Shown piece by piece: positions 1-13,557 of a stretch of 64,000 nt of DNA. This stretch comes from Octopus sinensis. Lineage: Eukaryota. A model generated the notes under the pieces. It ran no database searches. It was not told the DNA's origin and worked only from the letters and a program-made list of their open reading frames with translations. A program made the translations under genes and the position numbers. The stretch is taken from positions 31,248,001 to 31,312,000 of the forward strand of contig NC_043013.1 in the NCBI RefSeq assembly GCF_006345805.1, in the 5' to 3' direction. Positions within the stretch are counted from its first letter, which is position 1. Each line of letters starts with the position of its first letter.

Positions 1-1652
1 GTAATGTAAATTAGTGAGAAGAATCACTAATCCATTCTGCATGTTACTTAAAAATTCACGAGTGATCATATAGAGTAAATATGTGTAGGCTTTTCTTATT
101 ACTGAAAACATTAGGGATCAAATACAAGGGAAAATATAGAAACATTTATTAGATTGATAATTATTAGAGGTAGGAGCGCATTTGGCAGTTCCATCGCTCA
201 TGACAGACGATTTACACCTGTTACAAGTTATGTCTATGAATTTATGCACCATGCAAGGAATTCTCAAGGAATTTTCAGAAGAATTCTCAAATCTAATGCC
301 ACAGTGTTAGTTGTTCTCACAAGAGATCTACGTTGTGTTGGACATAAAGATTACCATATGATATGAATACTACTTCCATTGCATGCAATTACTTTTGATA
401 AGCCTGCTAGCTATTTGCGACACCGGTGATTGTAAAGGTCGCTGAAATTGTACATATGTTGTCAGTGGTATTTTGCTGGTATGCGGTGAGTGGATGTCTG
501 CCATTGAGGAAGTCCAGTAGACAGAAACCACGTTCTTTGTCAGTTAAGGGCTCCATAACTGAGGATTCTCGTTTGCTACGATTAATATCTGTCATTTTAT
601 GCACCAATATGAAAGGATTACACAAGGCTAATACCTCAGCATTCGGCGTTCTAAAATGACGCTCAGGTTGAGTTGGATATTAAGATTACCTATAAAATTT
701 ATTTCCATCATAGAAACGAAGCCACAAAGAAATACTGAAGACGAGTAACCAATTTGAATGACTCCTATAATGAACTTGTTTTTCCGACTACAGAAAGATC
801 ACCACAAGAAAGAATTCTATTACGAAGGCATTGTTAACTTTTTCATCGAAATTAGACTGGCAATGTAAAACTCTTTAACATAACATATGAAATCTTTGGG
901 GAGCCCTTATAAAATTAATTGTAAGATAGTCTATTCATTTCTTTTCGGCAGCGAAATTTACCACTCAGATGAACCACAGAATCTTCAAATCACTTTTCAG
1001 ACTGTTTGCTTTGTTGACCTAAATATCCTAATCTAGGATACATATGGTGAAATGCTTACGGTCAGTGATTATCTATTTTACATAATTTATGTGGAACCCT
1101 CTTATGGAATGTTTAACCTTTTTCTAAGTGTGTAAATCGGAGGAATTTAACACAATTTTGTTGCCATTTATATCACGTCATGGCACTGCTTACTGCATTT
1201 TGGACAGCAATACGTCAGTGGGAATATTAAAAAGATATATGAAAGGAATTTTGTGTACAGTAGAGGCAGGTGTTGTTATGTCAGAAAAGAACGGTGAATG
1301 GAAACGGAAGTAGGTGGAACAGGAAAGTGTCTGGTAGTGTTTTAGACAAAAAAATCGTGAGCAAATGTGGAGTACACATATAAGCATATATGCATATAAT
1401 TCTATATATATGTGTTTGTGTTCGTGTGTGTGCGCGCCCCTCTGTGTGTGTGTACGTGTGTGTGTGTGTGTGTGTGCACATGTGTCTACTCTCTTTTATC
1501 TGTAAATATTTGAAGTCTTCCTGTAAGGAAGGAACTGGTTTCGAACAAAGTTATAAGGCTCCTTCCGAATATAGATTACAAAAACAAATTCACACTTTTG
1601 ACGTGAGAACCACATATTTTTGCGTATATAAATATGGCTTTGTATGCATTAA

Positions 1653-1839
1653 CCCATAAGGTCCCAGCGTACTTAAATTTCTGAATATTACTTTTAGATG
1701 TTTACAGATGATGATGGAAAATAAGTTGAAATGAAATTAGAAATGGAAATACTCGGTGTCCTATAAATAGACAATGTGATATAGCTTATTTAATGTTCTC
1801 ATTTAGTGTCCTATTTATAGGACAGTGGGACTTAATGGG
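1653..1839. mobile_element. TTAA-flanked MITE (piggyBac-type non-autonomous element)
   Basis: TTAA at 1649-1652 and 1840-1843. The 14-bp TIRs CCCATAAGGTCCCA / TGGGACTTAATGGG match at 12/14 with CCC...GGG ends. Two subterminal quasi-palindromes GTGTCCTAT(A/T)(A/T)ATAG lie near 1757 and 1806. Confidence 0.7.
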
Positions 1840-2222
1840 TTAACTAGCATTGTATATGTACATTCATGTATGTATGGGAGCGTAGGGTTTGCACAGAGAA
1901 CTTTGTGCAAAGTTGTATTAATGTGTCTATTTTCAGAAATAGAGGTGCATGCCCTAGTGTGGTGATGTATGTGTAGTTCACTTAACATATGGAGATGTGA
2001 ATGAGTAAAATGGTATTTATCAGCATGTGTGTGAGTATGCATGAGTGTGTGCGTGTGTACTTGTGTATGTGTGTGCGTGCGTTCGTCTGTGAGAGAGCAT
2101 TAAGAAAGAAAGTGTTGTTATCGATGAAAGTGAATGCGATTGTTAATGCAATCAAAGTTTCCAATACTTAGACAGAAGATAAATTATGGCTATATTTTAA
2201 AGCAATATGGCGAAATATCAAA

Positions 2223-2350
2223 GTAAAAAGGCAAAACACAGAAGACGGCAAGTCTTGGCGCTAATTTCGAGCTTAATACTTTGCCGTAAAAAGGCAAAAC
2301 ACAGAAGACGGCAAGTCTTGGCGCTAATTTCGAGCTTAATACTTTGCCGT
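2223..2350. repeat. Perfect 63-bp direct tandem duplication
   Basis: GTAAAAAGGCAAAACACAGAAGACGGCAAGTCTTGGCGCTAATTTCGAGCTTAATACTTTGCC occurs at 2223-2285 and 2286-2348. Confidence 0.95.
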
Positions 2351-3142
2351 ATTAAATTGTATCTATCTGCATTTCTCCAGCCAGTACTTTTTGTATACGA
2401 TTACGCATTAAACTGCAAGCTAGCATTCGTGCTTCCAGTTATGGTATTTATAAAATGTTGCTTTTATATTATTTGCTATAGATGTCGAAAATGCATTTAT
2501 TTAACTGTGTTTTTAGCATATTTTGATATGTTGTCATTTTTATGATATTGTGTCGCATTGCTGACTTAGTCTCCTGTATATATTTTGCTTGAGCTATTCT
2601 ACCAGAAAAATCAATTTGTTTTTTATAAATGATGGTGAATTTGTTGTGAAATTATTAAATTAGCACTATTTGTTGTTCACATACAAAAGAAGAGCGATTA
2701 TGAAATATTTTGAAATGGATAATATCGTTCACCAAATGGACCATATTACATATTCATTGTCCCAGGAATGGATGCAGTAAGAAAACCTCAATGTAAGGTC
2801 AATTTAGAAGCTAGGGGACTAAACTATTCCAATGGTAAATAACGAAAACCCCATGCACTGATATATTAGTTGGACAGCCAATTCCACCACACGATAGGCA
2901 ATAATATATTATCGATTTCTCTGTCAGTTTCTTTGTCATTTCAGATTTAGAATTATAATTAATTAATTATGTTTAATTTCTATCCGATTTCATGTGGACA
3001 TTTTGTCTCTAATTCCCATTCAAATTTGATTATTCAAATTTACCGAAAAATCACAAAAATGACAAGGAAACAAAAATTTTAATCAATTATTAATTTTGTT
3101 CTTGTTTAATTGTTAACTCCATTATTTGTTATAGTCACTATC

Positions 3143-3144
<2 letters not shown>

Positions 3145-3192
<48 letters not shown>

Positions 3193-3211
3193 TATTATTA
3201 TTATTATTATT
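3145..3211. repeat. (ATT)n microsatellite
   Basis: Directly visible trinucleotide run. Confidence 0.95.
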
Positions 3212-3634
3212 AAATATTATTATTGCCATTATAATTGATATTATTAATTTGTATATAGAGATAATGATCATGCATGCAGTAAAAAATTTAATTATTTGCT
3301 GCTTTACTCTTCCGTACATCACATTTCAACGGCGATTTCCTAATTCGTGGGCTTTCTGTTGTTTTCTGTTCATTTCATTTTGTATAGTAATGAACAAATA
3401 ACCTCAAAAATACTATTGTAAGATATAGTTTCTATATTAGTAATTAGCATTGTTTCTCGATTAGAAATGGTTACTTATTGACTATTGCTTACGCACTGAA
3501 ACAAGCCCCCCTTTTTCGTTCCTTCTAAAAACGTTGCATTGTATTATGAAAACGTACGAGCTATTTTAAAATTTTCCCTTTATGATATTAAATAACATAA
3601 TGCTATATATATATATAATATATATATATATATA

Positions 3635-3725
<91 letters not shown>

Positions 3726-3726
3726 A

Positions 3727-3980
3727 GTGGAGGCGCGTGGTTTAGTAGTTAGGATGTCAGCATCATGATCGTAAGATTGTGGTTTCGATTTCTGGACCGG
3801 GCGACGCGTTGTGTTCTTGAGCAAAACACTTCATTACACGGTGCTCCAGTCTGCTCAGCTGGCAAAAATGAGTAACGCTGCGATGGACTGGCACCCCCTC
3901 GAGCTGGAGAAGACATACGCCATTGAAACCGGGAAACCGGGCTCATGAGCCTGGCTAGGCTTTCAAAGAGCGCGTTTATT
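3727..3980 (+). mobile_element. tRNA(Arg)-like SINE with CORE-like central domain (octopus OR-type, name from memory)
   Basis: tRNA-like head with A box (TGGTTTAGTAGTT) and B box (GTTTCGATTTC). Central TGTGTTCTTGAGCAAAACACTT...CTCAGCTGGCAAAAATGAGTA resembles the MIR CORE domain. It is flanked by (TA)n, and the head is shared with the element at 53248-53601. Confidence 0.8.
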
Positions 3981-6900
3981 ATATATATATATATACAGAT
4001 ATATAGAAACGCACACACACAAGCACACATATACATACAGAGAGAGAGAAAGACAAAGACAGGCAGACAGACAAATAGACTGACAGGCAAATAGACTTGC
4101 ATCACTACGTCTTCGGTATTCATAATCTTGCCACATCTTAATTTACAGAATGTGAAGTAGTCATATAATTTCTCTTTCAATTTTTCTGATACGAACTAGT
4201 CGATATGAAACGATGTTGTATACTTAATATAATGCACTTATTCTGAAGACAAAGTGAACTCTTAAATATATATTTCTGAAAATATTATACATAAATAGAA
4301 GCAAATATACACGCATCGTTCTAAAAAAAATGTTCAATAAACGTAGGAGTCATAATGTACCGCATTTGAAGAATTAATAGTTAAGGAACATTCCATGCGA
4401 CAGAGAAAGATCTGACTGGAAGAGAAATATCTGTTCTTGTTAAATTCTCTTTCATGTGATGGTTTCCTGCCTTTGTTTCATGAAAGGTTTCTTGAAATCC
4501 TTTTCTGTATTGGATAGGACTGAATAGCATATGTCTTGCAGGTGTTTGAGGTTATTGTGGATAATTCGAACTTAGTTCGTTTCATATCTATAATGATGAT
4601 CGGATAAAATTGAATTATTCTTGGTTATCTCTGCAGGATTTGAATAAATGCAGCCAAGCATGTTGCTCATATACAAATAAATTTTTCAGATAATGAAATA
4701 TCATTGCACAATCTACATTTGTGTCTTTTTCCTTTTCAGTTAATTTCATTGATTAATGCGTAAATATGATACTGTATCCACTGAAAGATATCGTATTGTA
4801 AAGCAGGTGTTATATTTAATGTATAACACATTTATGAATTGAATTGCGTGGCAACTGTTTAATATTTGAAGAATAGCCATTCTGAATCGATGATGTGGCC
4901 ACCATGTTGAACATAGCGTAAAAATGCAAAATATATTACATGTGCACTGAGTAATTTGCAACTGCATATGTTCTTTGATGTAAGCTTTTATCAGTCTTAG
5001 AAACAAATTTAAATCAGAAGTTATGAAACTCAACACTCTTTCTATGAGCAGCGGCAGCTCCTGTCATCCATTTTGATCTGTAACCCGTATTCGTCGTCTT
5101 GCGCTATTAACATAGCTTCAAATAAATTTTGTTGTGAGACACTATGTATTTCATAAAAGAGTTTTGCTTACAGTGCATATTTTACCGAACACAGCGTGTG
5201 ATTTCATTGAAATTCATGATTTAGAAAATCACGCGATACACTAATATTAAATTCAAGAAAAGAAGTATATATAAATTCGAATGAATTTTGAAGTAAGCCA
5301 AAGGAATAAATAATTGGATGTGTTTGGGTCGATTACTATTTTCTTCGAACTATTGGAAGGAAAACAATCCACTACAGTAGATAGAAATACATTAAACATG
5401 GGACAACTTGAAATGTTAGGGTTATAATTACTTGAATAATCAACGGATTATAATTAAATTTATGATGAATGATTTACGTCATTACTGAAGTATTTTGAAC
5501 AAATGCCAGTTCTCGAAGTTATGTATTTATCGTATTTTAAATGCACCGCGAAGTTTAGGTAATCAGTCATCAGGTTATAAAATCGAAAATTATTAACAAA
5601 TGGAAGCTAAAATCAAATATATACGCTTATATCCTATAACCGAATTGGAAAAATGAATAAGTTTTGAAGTAGTTCCCTGCAGTATATCGATTCCATAGAA
5701 ATTATGTTGCAGTAATTCATTTGAAAGTCTCTAACGTTTAAGAGTTACTAGGTCAATTCTATATTGCTTTCAATACGAACAATTTCCCGGTTCACTTATA
5801 TTTGTGGAAAATGTTTCAAAATTTATTCGTAATATCCTAACAGTCAGCAAATACACTCACCAACATATTAAAATGGTAATATTATATGAATACGCATATA
5901 CACTCGCACACACACAAACATGTATATATATATATTATTTTTGTAGAAGAACTTAAGTCCAGAGAAGAAACATATTCTAAGGAGTAAAGCAGTCTATATA
6001 AGGCCAGTTTATAGGGTTACTATGGGTTTCTCGCCATAAAGAGTTGAAGCGCAGACCCTTACCATATATACTTATAGGCATTGTGAGACATAACCTAGTG
6101 TAAACTCTGTATATATCGGCATCAGAACGAAACAATAGTCAAGTAACGAGCGGTAATAAGAAAATGAGATGACAGAATCATAAACGATTACCTCGTAAGC
6201 TCCATTTGCATACAGTTGTGGACGCAGTGGAAAGCAACTATCAACTATGAGTTAACTATATATTGTAACAGAAACAACTTTAAGCGAATGGTGTTCGTTT
6301 ATTCCTTTGTTATTACATTAACAGGTATATATGTGTGTTTGTGGGTGAGTGCGTGTGTGTGTTGGCGAATTCCCAGCATTGTTGCAGACTCTGGCTACGT
6401 TCACCAACAAGGAAATATAAAAATCTAAAACTATAAAATTATATAAAAATATAAAATCTAAAACTTTCGATAATAAAATTATATAAAAAATTGTTACTTT
6501 TGTAGAACTAGATATGCAATGTTCTCTCATATTTCGATGTATGACCTTATGTGTGTATACGTGTATGCAATATGAAAGAGGTTTCTAAATTATCATTTGA
6601 TTTGTGTTATGTAAATATGACAACATATAATCATGCTATAATCAAGTTTATAATCATTGATGTTTAACTTCAGATTTAGTTCATTTCAACGAAAGAGAAA
6701 CATATCTCTCCATTTCACGAATTTACTACCAAAAGTAAGATTCTAAAATGTTTTATGTCCACAATTCCAACAAGGTGTCAAAACTAGATATTTCAGATAA
6801 ACTAAATGTCCTAAAGATATAATGTAAAATTGAGACTTGAATTGCAACTGATCGATTTGTTTCCTTTTTATTGGGCTTTTACATTGAAAAATCGATTTTA

Positions 6901-7961
6901 CAATAAAATGTCCTCACTTAAAGCTCTAAATATAACCTATTAATGGATATCTGTGAATAAATATTTTAATATGCCCGAATTGTAACGTTCATAATTTATT
7001 ATGTGTAGATCAAATTTCAACATGGTGGTGGTTTATGGACAACGAATCATGACATTGATGCTACAATATAATCAACGATTAAATAATTGATTATTTATGC
7101 CTTGTTGATTTAAACAGGTCATCGGGTATATACGGATCAACAACTATGACAAAACAGTTACTTATATAAAGTGTTTGGGAAACTTATACCAACACGTCTA
7201 TGGTATATGTTGCCCTGATCCAACGGTAGTCAAGTAATTTGACGAAACACAGAGAGAGAGACTACAGTAGGAGGCAGTACCCTGAGGTAACATATGTATG
7301 ATTCAAATTTAATACAAATGTAACCATTAATGTTCCAGTTATAAGAGAAATATTTATATATTTAGTCAAGTGGATGATTTAAAATATACAGTTATTTGTA
7401 TAAAATGACGTATAATTAAAAACCACAATATTTAAAATATAAATACAATCTGCTGAATTTCATACCTGAATGCATAAGATTTCATTCAGAAAGACTATGA
7501 AGTGTACAGTTGAGAAATGCTGGGCCCATTATCAATTCCTGACATTTTATAGATTGAACGATGTGTGTTACATCAAAATATACAAATGTTATTGGAATGT
7601 GGTTGAATATATCGTTTTATCATTCAGTCTTTGGGTCTATTGAGCCTTCGAAATATCAAAGTCGTGAACACGATTTTTCGTGACTTCAACACGAACATCC
7701 AACTACCGGTCACTCGAAGGTTAGCATGTTGACCAACGCCACTCGGTGTTTTGTGGGATAGTAATTTTTTTTCAAATTTCTCACCGTCTTTCTTCTACTA
7801 TTTCCACTCTACATCCTCTCAGAAGCTGGACTATGTTCCAAGTGTTTTGACAAACATTTCCATTTGTCTGTGCGTCAACATAGAAAATTTATTTGAGATC
7901 TTATCCTATCGTGTTGTTCTGTACTCGTTATGTCCACACACACACACACACACATACACAC

Positions 7962-8026
<65 letters not shown>

Positions 8027-8039
8027 ATATATATATATA

Positions 8040-8077
<38 letters not shown>

Positions 8078-8148
8078 AACGCATATTCGTACACACACAT
8101 GTTATTTATATACATATGTATGTATATACACACACATGTACATATATG

Positions 8149-8200
<52 letters not shown>

Positions 8201-8378
8201 TAATAAATATTAGGGAATGAATCCAAAATTACAGGGAAAAATCAGATTTAGGGTTAAATCCAATTTTATAGTAAAATATTATATAATATGATTCGAGACA
8301 AAACCACTATTTTAAAACCAAACAATAAAAGACTTAATCAATACATAAAATTTTAATATAAATTAAATAAATAAACCG

Positions 8379-8422
8379 CCACAACAATTGTTTCATGTCT
8401 GCTACCGACAATCTTCAGGTGG
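8379..8422 (-). ncRNA. Type I minimal hammerhead ribozyme motif (mirror copy)
   Basis: Exact reverse complement of 8491-8534. Confidence 0.75.
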
Positions 8423-8490
8423 ATTTTCGATCTTCTAATCAGTATCAAATTTTCACTTCAAAATTTGATACTGATTAGAAGATCGAAAAT

Positions 8491-8534
8491 CCACCTGAAG
8501 ATTGTCGGTAGCAGACATGAAACAATTGTTGTGG
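8491..8534 (+). ncRNA. Type I minimal hammerhead ribozyme motif
   Basis: CCAC-CTGAAGA-T TGTC GGTAGCA GACA T-GAAA-CAATTG-T-T-GTGG. Stem I is CCAC/GTGG, the CUGANGA and GAAA core is intact, and stem III is the palindrome ACAATTGT. The GUU triplet predicts cleavage at 8530|8531. Confidence 0.75.
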
Positions 8535-8634
8535 CGGTTTATTTAATTTATATTAAAATTTTATGTATTGATTAAGTCTTTTCTTGTTTGGTTTTAAAAT
8601 AGTGGTTTTGTCTCGAATTATATTATATATATAT

Positions 8635-8666
<32 letters not shown>

Positions 8667-10440
8667 ACGGTATCTGTATGTAATAAATCAAATATATTTG
8701 TACTCCAAGTTGTAACTTAGAGGAGAAAGTAGAAGTGATGCTACCACCTCTCCACTTGAAGCATAATGTAGTTGAATTGATTTAATCTACATATTAATTT
8801 TTCTAATTCAGAATATTGGCATAGATTAAACTAAACCGAAATGTTTCAGAAGCAGTTATGTGATTAATGTGAGCACACACATGGCCGTCCAACACAGTCG
8901 TATACCAAAATATGCGTGCACACACATGCATATACACAATCTCCCACGTACCCATACGGAAAACAAACAGTGATAAGATAAAGGATTAATATATTCTAAT
9001 AATAATCGAAACCAATTAATAAGTTTTGTGCATCACATTTAAAGTTAGGCCAATTTTCTTTGTGCATCGTATTTAAAGTTAGTCCATCGTGTATGTTATA
9101 GGAACCCTTGCTGATGTAGCAATAATTTTATCACTTTCAAATATTTTGCTCTTTAAGTGGACCAGGGAGGAATAAATAGCCGTCTAACTATTTAGCTAAT
9201 TCATTTATTATATCTTCAGTCTTCATTACTAGCAATATCAACGTTCTTGTCGTCATCCTGCTCCTGATCATCACAATCATGACCATGATCATCATTATAT
9301 CCTTCGCTTACAACTCGCACCACGCAGCCATTATCATATTAATCGCGGTCATTATTGAACATTAGCAATTAATATTACGATCAATATTATCTGTTTTCCT
9401 CTGCCACCGATACAACATTCCAATACAATCGTTTTAATCTCTATCACCATCTTCTCTTTATACAGTATTTTAATATATAGCAGAAATATTATGAGAGACA
9501 TGTAAGTAAATTCTCGAGATGCTATCTAATTCATTTGAAGCGGGAATATAGAATTGTATAAGACATTGTTGTGCTCACAATCACGAGAACATAGTTTCGA
9601 GTTTTGAATTGAGTGGAACTTTATCTCAATCACAAAAGCACTTTATTTCACGTTGCTCCGTTCTACTAAACTTAACATTTGCACCATCGCAATACTAGTA
9701 TTTCCTCGTCAATTAGGAATCTCGAGTTACCAGGCAATGGGACAGGAATGTAAAGGGCAACCCCTGAGATAAAAAGGGTGCCTCGGGGTAAAGGGGAACG
9801 GGTAGAGTAGCGGAGGAGGAAAAGAGAATAAAGTTGATCATACGTTGACAGAAAATAGAGATCCAGCTACAGTTAGGACTTACAATTAAGGGGAATTTTA
9901 AAGAATTTACATGATAAACAAATGTGGAATAAAACGTAAGTTTACATGAGGACATTACGTCAGATGGGTATTCAATAAAGCGGTATTGTAATTACATAGA
10001 ATAGGGAGCGATTTTCTGCAATGTATATTAAAGACGCGATGCCTAGCGTTGTATTCTATACCATCACAAAATATATATGTGTATATGTGTGTATGTACTA
10101 CATGCATGTATGTAATATGTACATGTATGTAAAATATGTATGCATATATGTATGTATACATGCATGTATGTATGCAAACATGTCATATATGTTTGCATGT
10201 ATGCATGTATGTAATATATGTATGTATTTATGTGTGTACATATGTAGAATTTATACGGGAAGGAATGCATACCATCCCAGTGGACCAAGAACCTCTCAAT
10301 GCAGTTTTCTTTTCTAGATATGACCAACATTTTTCTTTAAAATGCTAACAAAACGTAATCTTACACATGTATGTAAAAAATATATATAATATTACATACC
10401 TATATATTATATATATATGTATACATACATATATATATAC

Positions 10441-10473
<33 letters not shown>

Positions 10474-10481
10474 ATATATAT

Positions 10482-10533
<52 letters not shown>

Positions 10534-10544
10534 GTATATATAAA

Positions 10545-10738
10545 GTTAATCCAAACAAGAAAACACAAAAAAAAACACAGCAACGCGAGGACGTGGAACA
10601 AATATAGTATTATTGGACGCTCAGGAAACAAGGGAAGAAGGAGGGTTGAACGCTTCGAGCGGAGCTCTTCGTCGGAAACATAGGAGAAGGAAAGATTTCG
10701 AGAAGGGAAGACAGAGGGAAAAAAATCGCCAACGGTAT

Positions 10739-10740
<2 letters not shown>
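10545..10740 (-). mobile_element. PLE pseudo-LTR fragment with decayed hammerhead (same family as 43556-43759)
   Basis: The minus strand at 10645-10679 reads GTTT-CCGACGA-AGAG CTCCG CTC-GAAG-CG-T-T-CAAC. About 190 bp align with 43556-43759. It is flanked by TA/CA repeats. Confidence 0.65.
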
Positions 10741-10781
<41 letters not shown>

Positions 10782-11057
10782 TGCCGACAAAATGTCGATA
10801 TTGACGAACATTCTGACAGACCCGCAACCGGCGGAACTGAGGAAAACATCGCAGTTGTGCGTGTAGCTGTAAGGGGAAATCGTGAGTTACCAAAGGATGT
10901 GCGGATTAGTTACGGTTCAGTTTAGTCCATTATCACTGAATATTTGGGTATGAGACACGTGTCTGCCAAACTGCTTTCACCAGACGAAAAAGACACTCGG
11001 ATTTCAGTTGCACAAGAACTCTTTGACTATGTCGAGAACGATGAAAACTTTTTGAAA
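10782..11057 (+). pseudogene. Degenerate mariner transposase fragment (N-terminal HTH region)
   Basis: Manual translation gives CRQNVDIDEHSDRPATGGTEENIAVVRVAV...ISYGSV*SIITEYLGMRHVSAKL...DEKDTRISVAQELFDYVENDENFLK. This matches the mariner pattern DxxRSGRP...ISYGSV..I....LGMR.V.AK. It contains a stop and deletions. Confidence 0.8.
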
Positions 11058-11083
11058 ACTCCGCGTGGACCCTGAACAATTAT

Positions 11084-11204
11084 CTCCAACCTTTTCCCAA
11101 AATTTGAGGCAGATTGTTCGCTCAGCTTACTCTGTCACATTCAATGCGACGATCGCAGACTACACACTATCCAAGCACTGCTGTAAACATCAGAAGTGAT
11201 CTAG
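11084..11204 (-). mobile_element. Inverted 5-prime segment of a mariner element
   Basis: The minus strand contains ...GAACAATCTGCCTCAAATTTTGGGAAAAGGTTGGAG, resembling the mariner start EQRICIKFC.KLG. Confidence 0.5.
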
Positions 11205-11338
11205 ATTTTTTAAATTGAGTGTGTATGCACAAAAGAGTTTAAGGTCAATCTGTGCCAATTGGCTTCACTTTGCATATTCGTTACTATAGCAACAGTCCGG
11301 ATACTTATTGATCAGATTACGTATGTAGATTCACACAC

Positions 11339-11389
<51 letters not shown>

Positions 11390-11489
11390 TATATATATAT
11401 ATATGCATACAAACATAATGTTATACATATATGTGTACACACATAAAAACGTACAAACACACACACACACGCACATATATATATATTAA

Positions 11490-11715
11490 GGCGGCGAGCT
11501 GGCAGAAACGTTAGCACGCCGGGCGACCTGCGTAGCCGTATTTCGTCTGTCGTTACGTTCCGAGTTCAAATTCCGCCGAGGTCGACTTTGCCTTTCATTC
11601 TTTCGGGGTCGATAAATTAAGTACCAGTTACGCACTGGGGTCGATATGATCGACTTAATCCCTTTGTCTGTCCTTGTTTGTCTCCACTGTGTTTAGCCCC
11701 TTGTGGGTAGTAAAG

Positions 11716-11720
<5 letters not shown>
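11490..11720 (+). mobile_element. Full-length tRNA-derived SINE (GGCGGCGAGCTGGCAG family, Meta-domain-like)
   Basis: Head GGCGGCGAGCTGGCAGAAACGTTAGCACG, B box GAGTTCAAATTCC, central GCCTTTCATTCTTTCGGGGTCGATAAATTAAGTACCAG, tail GTAAAGAAATA. It is inserted in (TA)n. Confidence 0.9.
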
Positions 11721-11752
<32 letters not shown>

Positions 11753-11763
11753 AATAAATACAT

Positions 11764-11794
<31 letters not shown>

Positions 11795-12397
11795 CAGAGG
11801 CAGAGGGAGGAGAGAGATTTGTAAGAATGTGTTTGCACTTGCTCGAGCGAGAGCGTGCGCTTGCGAGCATGTGCGTATTACTTAATACACCCCCAGGGTA
11901 TGCATGCAATTTTAGCCATTTAATTTCAATATCAGCAGTCATATTTCTTAGTCTTTATTTCCTCCCGCCGGCTTCGATACTAATCGATGCATTGATTGTC
12001 TTACAAAGGTGTGTAACTACGTCTCAAATATTGCATTACACTTCTCTTCCACTACAGATTGTATCTATATCCACCTTCTCTTCCTGTAAGCAGCAAATCA
12101 TTAATATCATTATAACATAAATCTATAGACAATATATTAGTGTTTTGTTTACATCACTAATCTAGTTTCAGCTTGCTCATATTTCTTTCGCTTTCATATC
12201 ATGTTCAGAACAATTTCGTTTATCTCTTAGGCTTTGTTAATTTAAATTCTATATACATAATAAATTTCAGAGCGAGGTATACACACACACACATACACAC
12301 ATGTACATATATACATTCACAAAATGTGTGTGTATATACATATACAAACACACACAGACAAACACACACACACACACGCACACATATATACATATAT

Positions 12398-12545
12398 ACG
12401 ACGGGCTTGTTTCAGTTTCCCTCTACCAAATCCACTCACAAGGCTTTGGTCGGCCCGAGGCTATAGTAGAAGACACTTGCCCAAGGTACCACGCAGTGGG
12501 ACTGAACCCGGAACCATGTGATTGGTAAGCAAGCTACTTACCACA
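12398..12545 (-). mobile_element. 5-prime half of CORE-type tRNA SINE
   Basis: The minus strand reads GTGTGGTAAGTAGCTTGCTTACC...GGGTTCAGTCCC...CCTTGGGCAAGTGTCTT. Same family as 36655, 49235 and 54078. Confidence 0.85.
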
Positions 12546-12565
12546 CACACAACAAAATACACACT

Positions 12566-12615
<50 letters not shown>

Positions 12616-12867
12616 TACACACACAAACACACACACAGACTGATTCATAAAACCGACTGTTCTATATTCTTTTGTAAACAATTGATTTTGATTCGTTGTG
12701 AAATTTCATTAGTAAAAATATGAGATTCTTGCAACATTATCATTTAGTTGCCAAACATTACTAAAACCCAGTTACCAGAGTGTTTATTTCGATTCCAGTC
12801 TGATGACTATCTAAACATATTACCTCAAAATGTGTTTACCTTCTCGGGATTCTTTGTCTGTCGCTGG

Positions 12868-12870
<3 letters not shown>

Positions 12871-12937
<67 letters not shown>
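12871..12937. repeat. (CT)n microsatellite
   Basis: Directly visible. Confidence 0.95.
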
Positions 12938-12943
<6 letters not shown>

Positions 12944-13407
12944 CTCTCACTATTTCGCTACCTATTTCTTTCTCCCTCTAGCTTCTCTGCAAGTCCCGAC
13001 TATTTTAGGAAGATAACACTAACCACCACAATCCTACACGCCCTTAGCTCTCTACGAACCATGTCGATTGTCGGAGCTTGAACAAAATTGCATGTACTAA
13101 TAAACAGTTTCAAGTAACTCGATGCAAATATCATTGCAAGTTGTCTATGCTGCAGAAACTTAGGCCGGGCAAATTATAACCAAATAGACTATATAATTGA
13201 CTGCAAAAATGAAAACAGAATATGCAGATATATAAATCGCTTTATTCATTACAGTAGGGTTACTAGTCTTTATTAATATTAAGCGCTCCTTACATTTCGT
13301 TGCGGTTAGCCACAACCCGGAGGGCTCGTATGGTAGTCGCCTGGATACCTTGTCCCTATCAAATCATTGGACAGACACACGCACATATACGCACACACAC
13401 ACACACA

Positions 13408-13465
<58 letters not shown>

Positions 13466-13526
13466 GTGTACATGTATATATATATATATATATATACGTA
13501 TATATATATATATACATAGATAGAAT

Positions 13527-13557
<31 letters not shown>

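Larger units (their letters stand above)
8212..8628. mobile_element. Penelope-like pseudo-LTR pair arranged as a fold-back palindrome in (TA)n
   Basis: Arms 8281-8453 and 8460-8628 are reverse complements (two mismatches plus one 4-bp indel) around a 6-nt loop CACTTC. Each arm holds a hammerhead motif. The minus-strand copy extends a further ~70 bp to 8212. Confidence 0.8.

Noticed and set aside
150-900. Possible decayed Gypsy RT (EDSRLL..TIN..H..HQY.R resembling EESSKLLTINTH..LYQY.R)
   Set aside because: The similarity needs frameshifts and no YxDD or other motif was found. TBLASTX against Gypsy consensus sequences would be needed.
3727-3810. tRNA-like heads as real tRNA genes
   Set aside because: They lack complete cloverleaves and continue into SINE bodies.
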